DNA of 63,629 nucleotides, filler included, from It is 4 parts of 4 records of this genome, joined end to end, with 100 filler letters (N's around TTAATTAATTAA, not from the genome) between each part and the next. Parts side by side here need not be neighbours in the genome. Positions count along the whole stretch, not along the records: positions 52,536 to 63,629 come from SRR20825019_426; 3 more parts are not named here. One strand, 5' to 3'. Shown piece by piece: positions 63,264 to 63,629 of this stretch (position 1 is its first letter; each line of letters starts with the position of its first letter). The notes under the pieces were generated by a model. It saw only the letters and a program-made list of their open reading frames with translations, ran no database searches and was not told where the DNA came from. The position numbers and the translations under genes were made by a program.

Positions 63264-63629
63264 TTGTTGTTGTTGACAATCAATCATTGCATTGAATAAA
63301 CAATCGTGAGTGACCGTCGACCAATAAATTCATCAAGTCCAGAACCGGCCCGACGGAGGCCCGGGCCTCCGAACCCCTCACGGTGTGGCCGCAGAGCCGG
63401 GCCGGGCCCGACCGCACCGTGACCCGAGGCCCGCGGGGCCGAGTTTCGAACCAATAAATTAGTTGTTTCTTGTCATCATACCGTACCCCAGACTTGGTTT
63501 CTTGTTACGGTTCCAGTTCGGTTACCGAGGAGACGCCCCGGAGGCACCTCGCCTTCGACCGTTGTCCGGGTGTCCGGTCCCTGGCCGGGCCGGGGCAGCA
63601 GGCTACCGACTGCCGCGGCGGCCGGGCCC

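Overview
The window joins four unrelated contigs with artificial N44-TTAATTAATTAA-N44 spacers (26271-26370, 40264-40363, 52436-52535), so synteny across the spacers means nothing. Contig 1 (1-26270, alphaproteobacterial-like) has two LacI-controlled glycan-utilisation loci. The first has GH28, GH38, a Dpp/Opp-type ABC importer, an unknown-domain/HAD fusion, an unassigned ~831-aa protein and GH105. The second has a GH78 rhamnosidase and a CUT1 sugar ABC importer. A PHP hydrolase and a decayed ABC ATPase lie between them. Contig 2 (26371-40263, alphaproteobacterial, Thalassospira-like by gene content) has housekeeping and stress genes plus an uncharacterised operon: 'thermostable hemolysin'-family protein, adenylation enzyme fused to a heme-oxygenase-like di-iron domain, SDR and an exported TPR protein, behind an OmpR-type direct repeat. 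This operon is the best candidate for an undescribed system. Contig 3 (40364-52435, AT-rich, Flavobacteriaceae-like) has rpiB-gnd-zwf-pgl, OsmC, an FGE-family protein and an RND pump, with REP/MITE-like repeats at both ends. Contig 4 (52536-63629) is eukaryotic, with two divergent genes carrying 45-58-nt introns: an ABCG transporter with a Cys-rich ectodomain and a ~1835-aa RCC1 + Cys-repeat + multi-TM receptor-like protein. No rRNA, tRNA, CRISPR array or transposase was seen. All family calls come from motif recognition by eye, not database searches.
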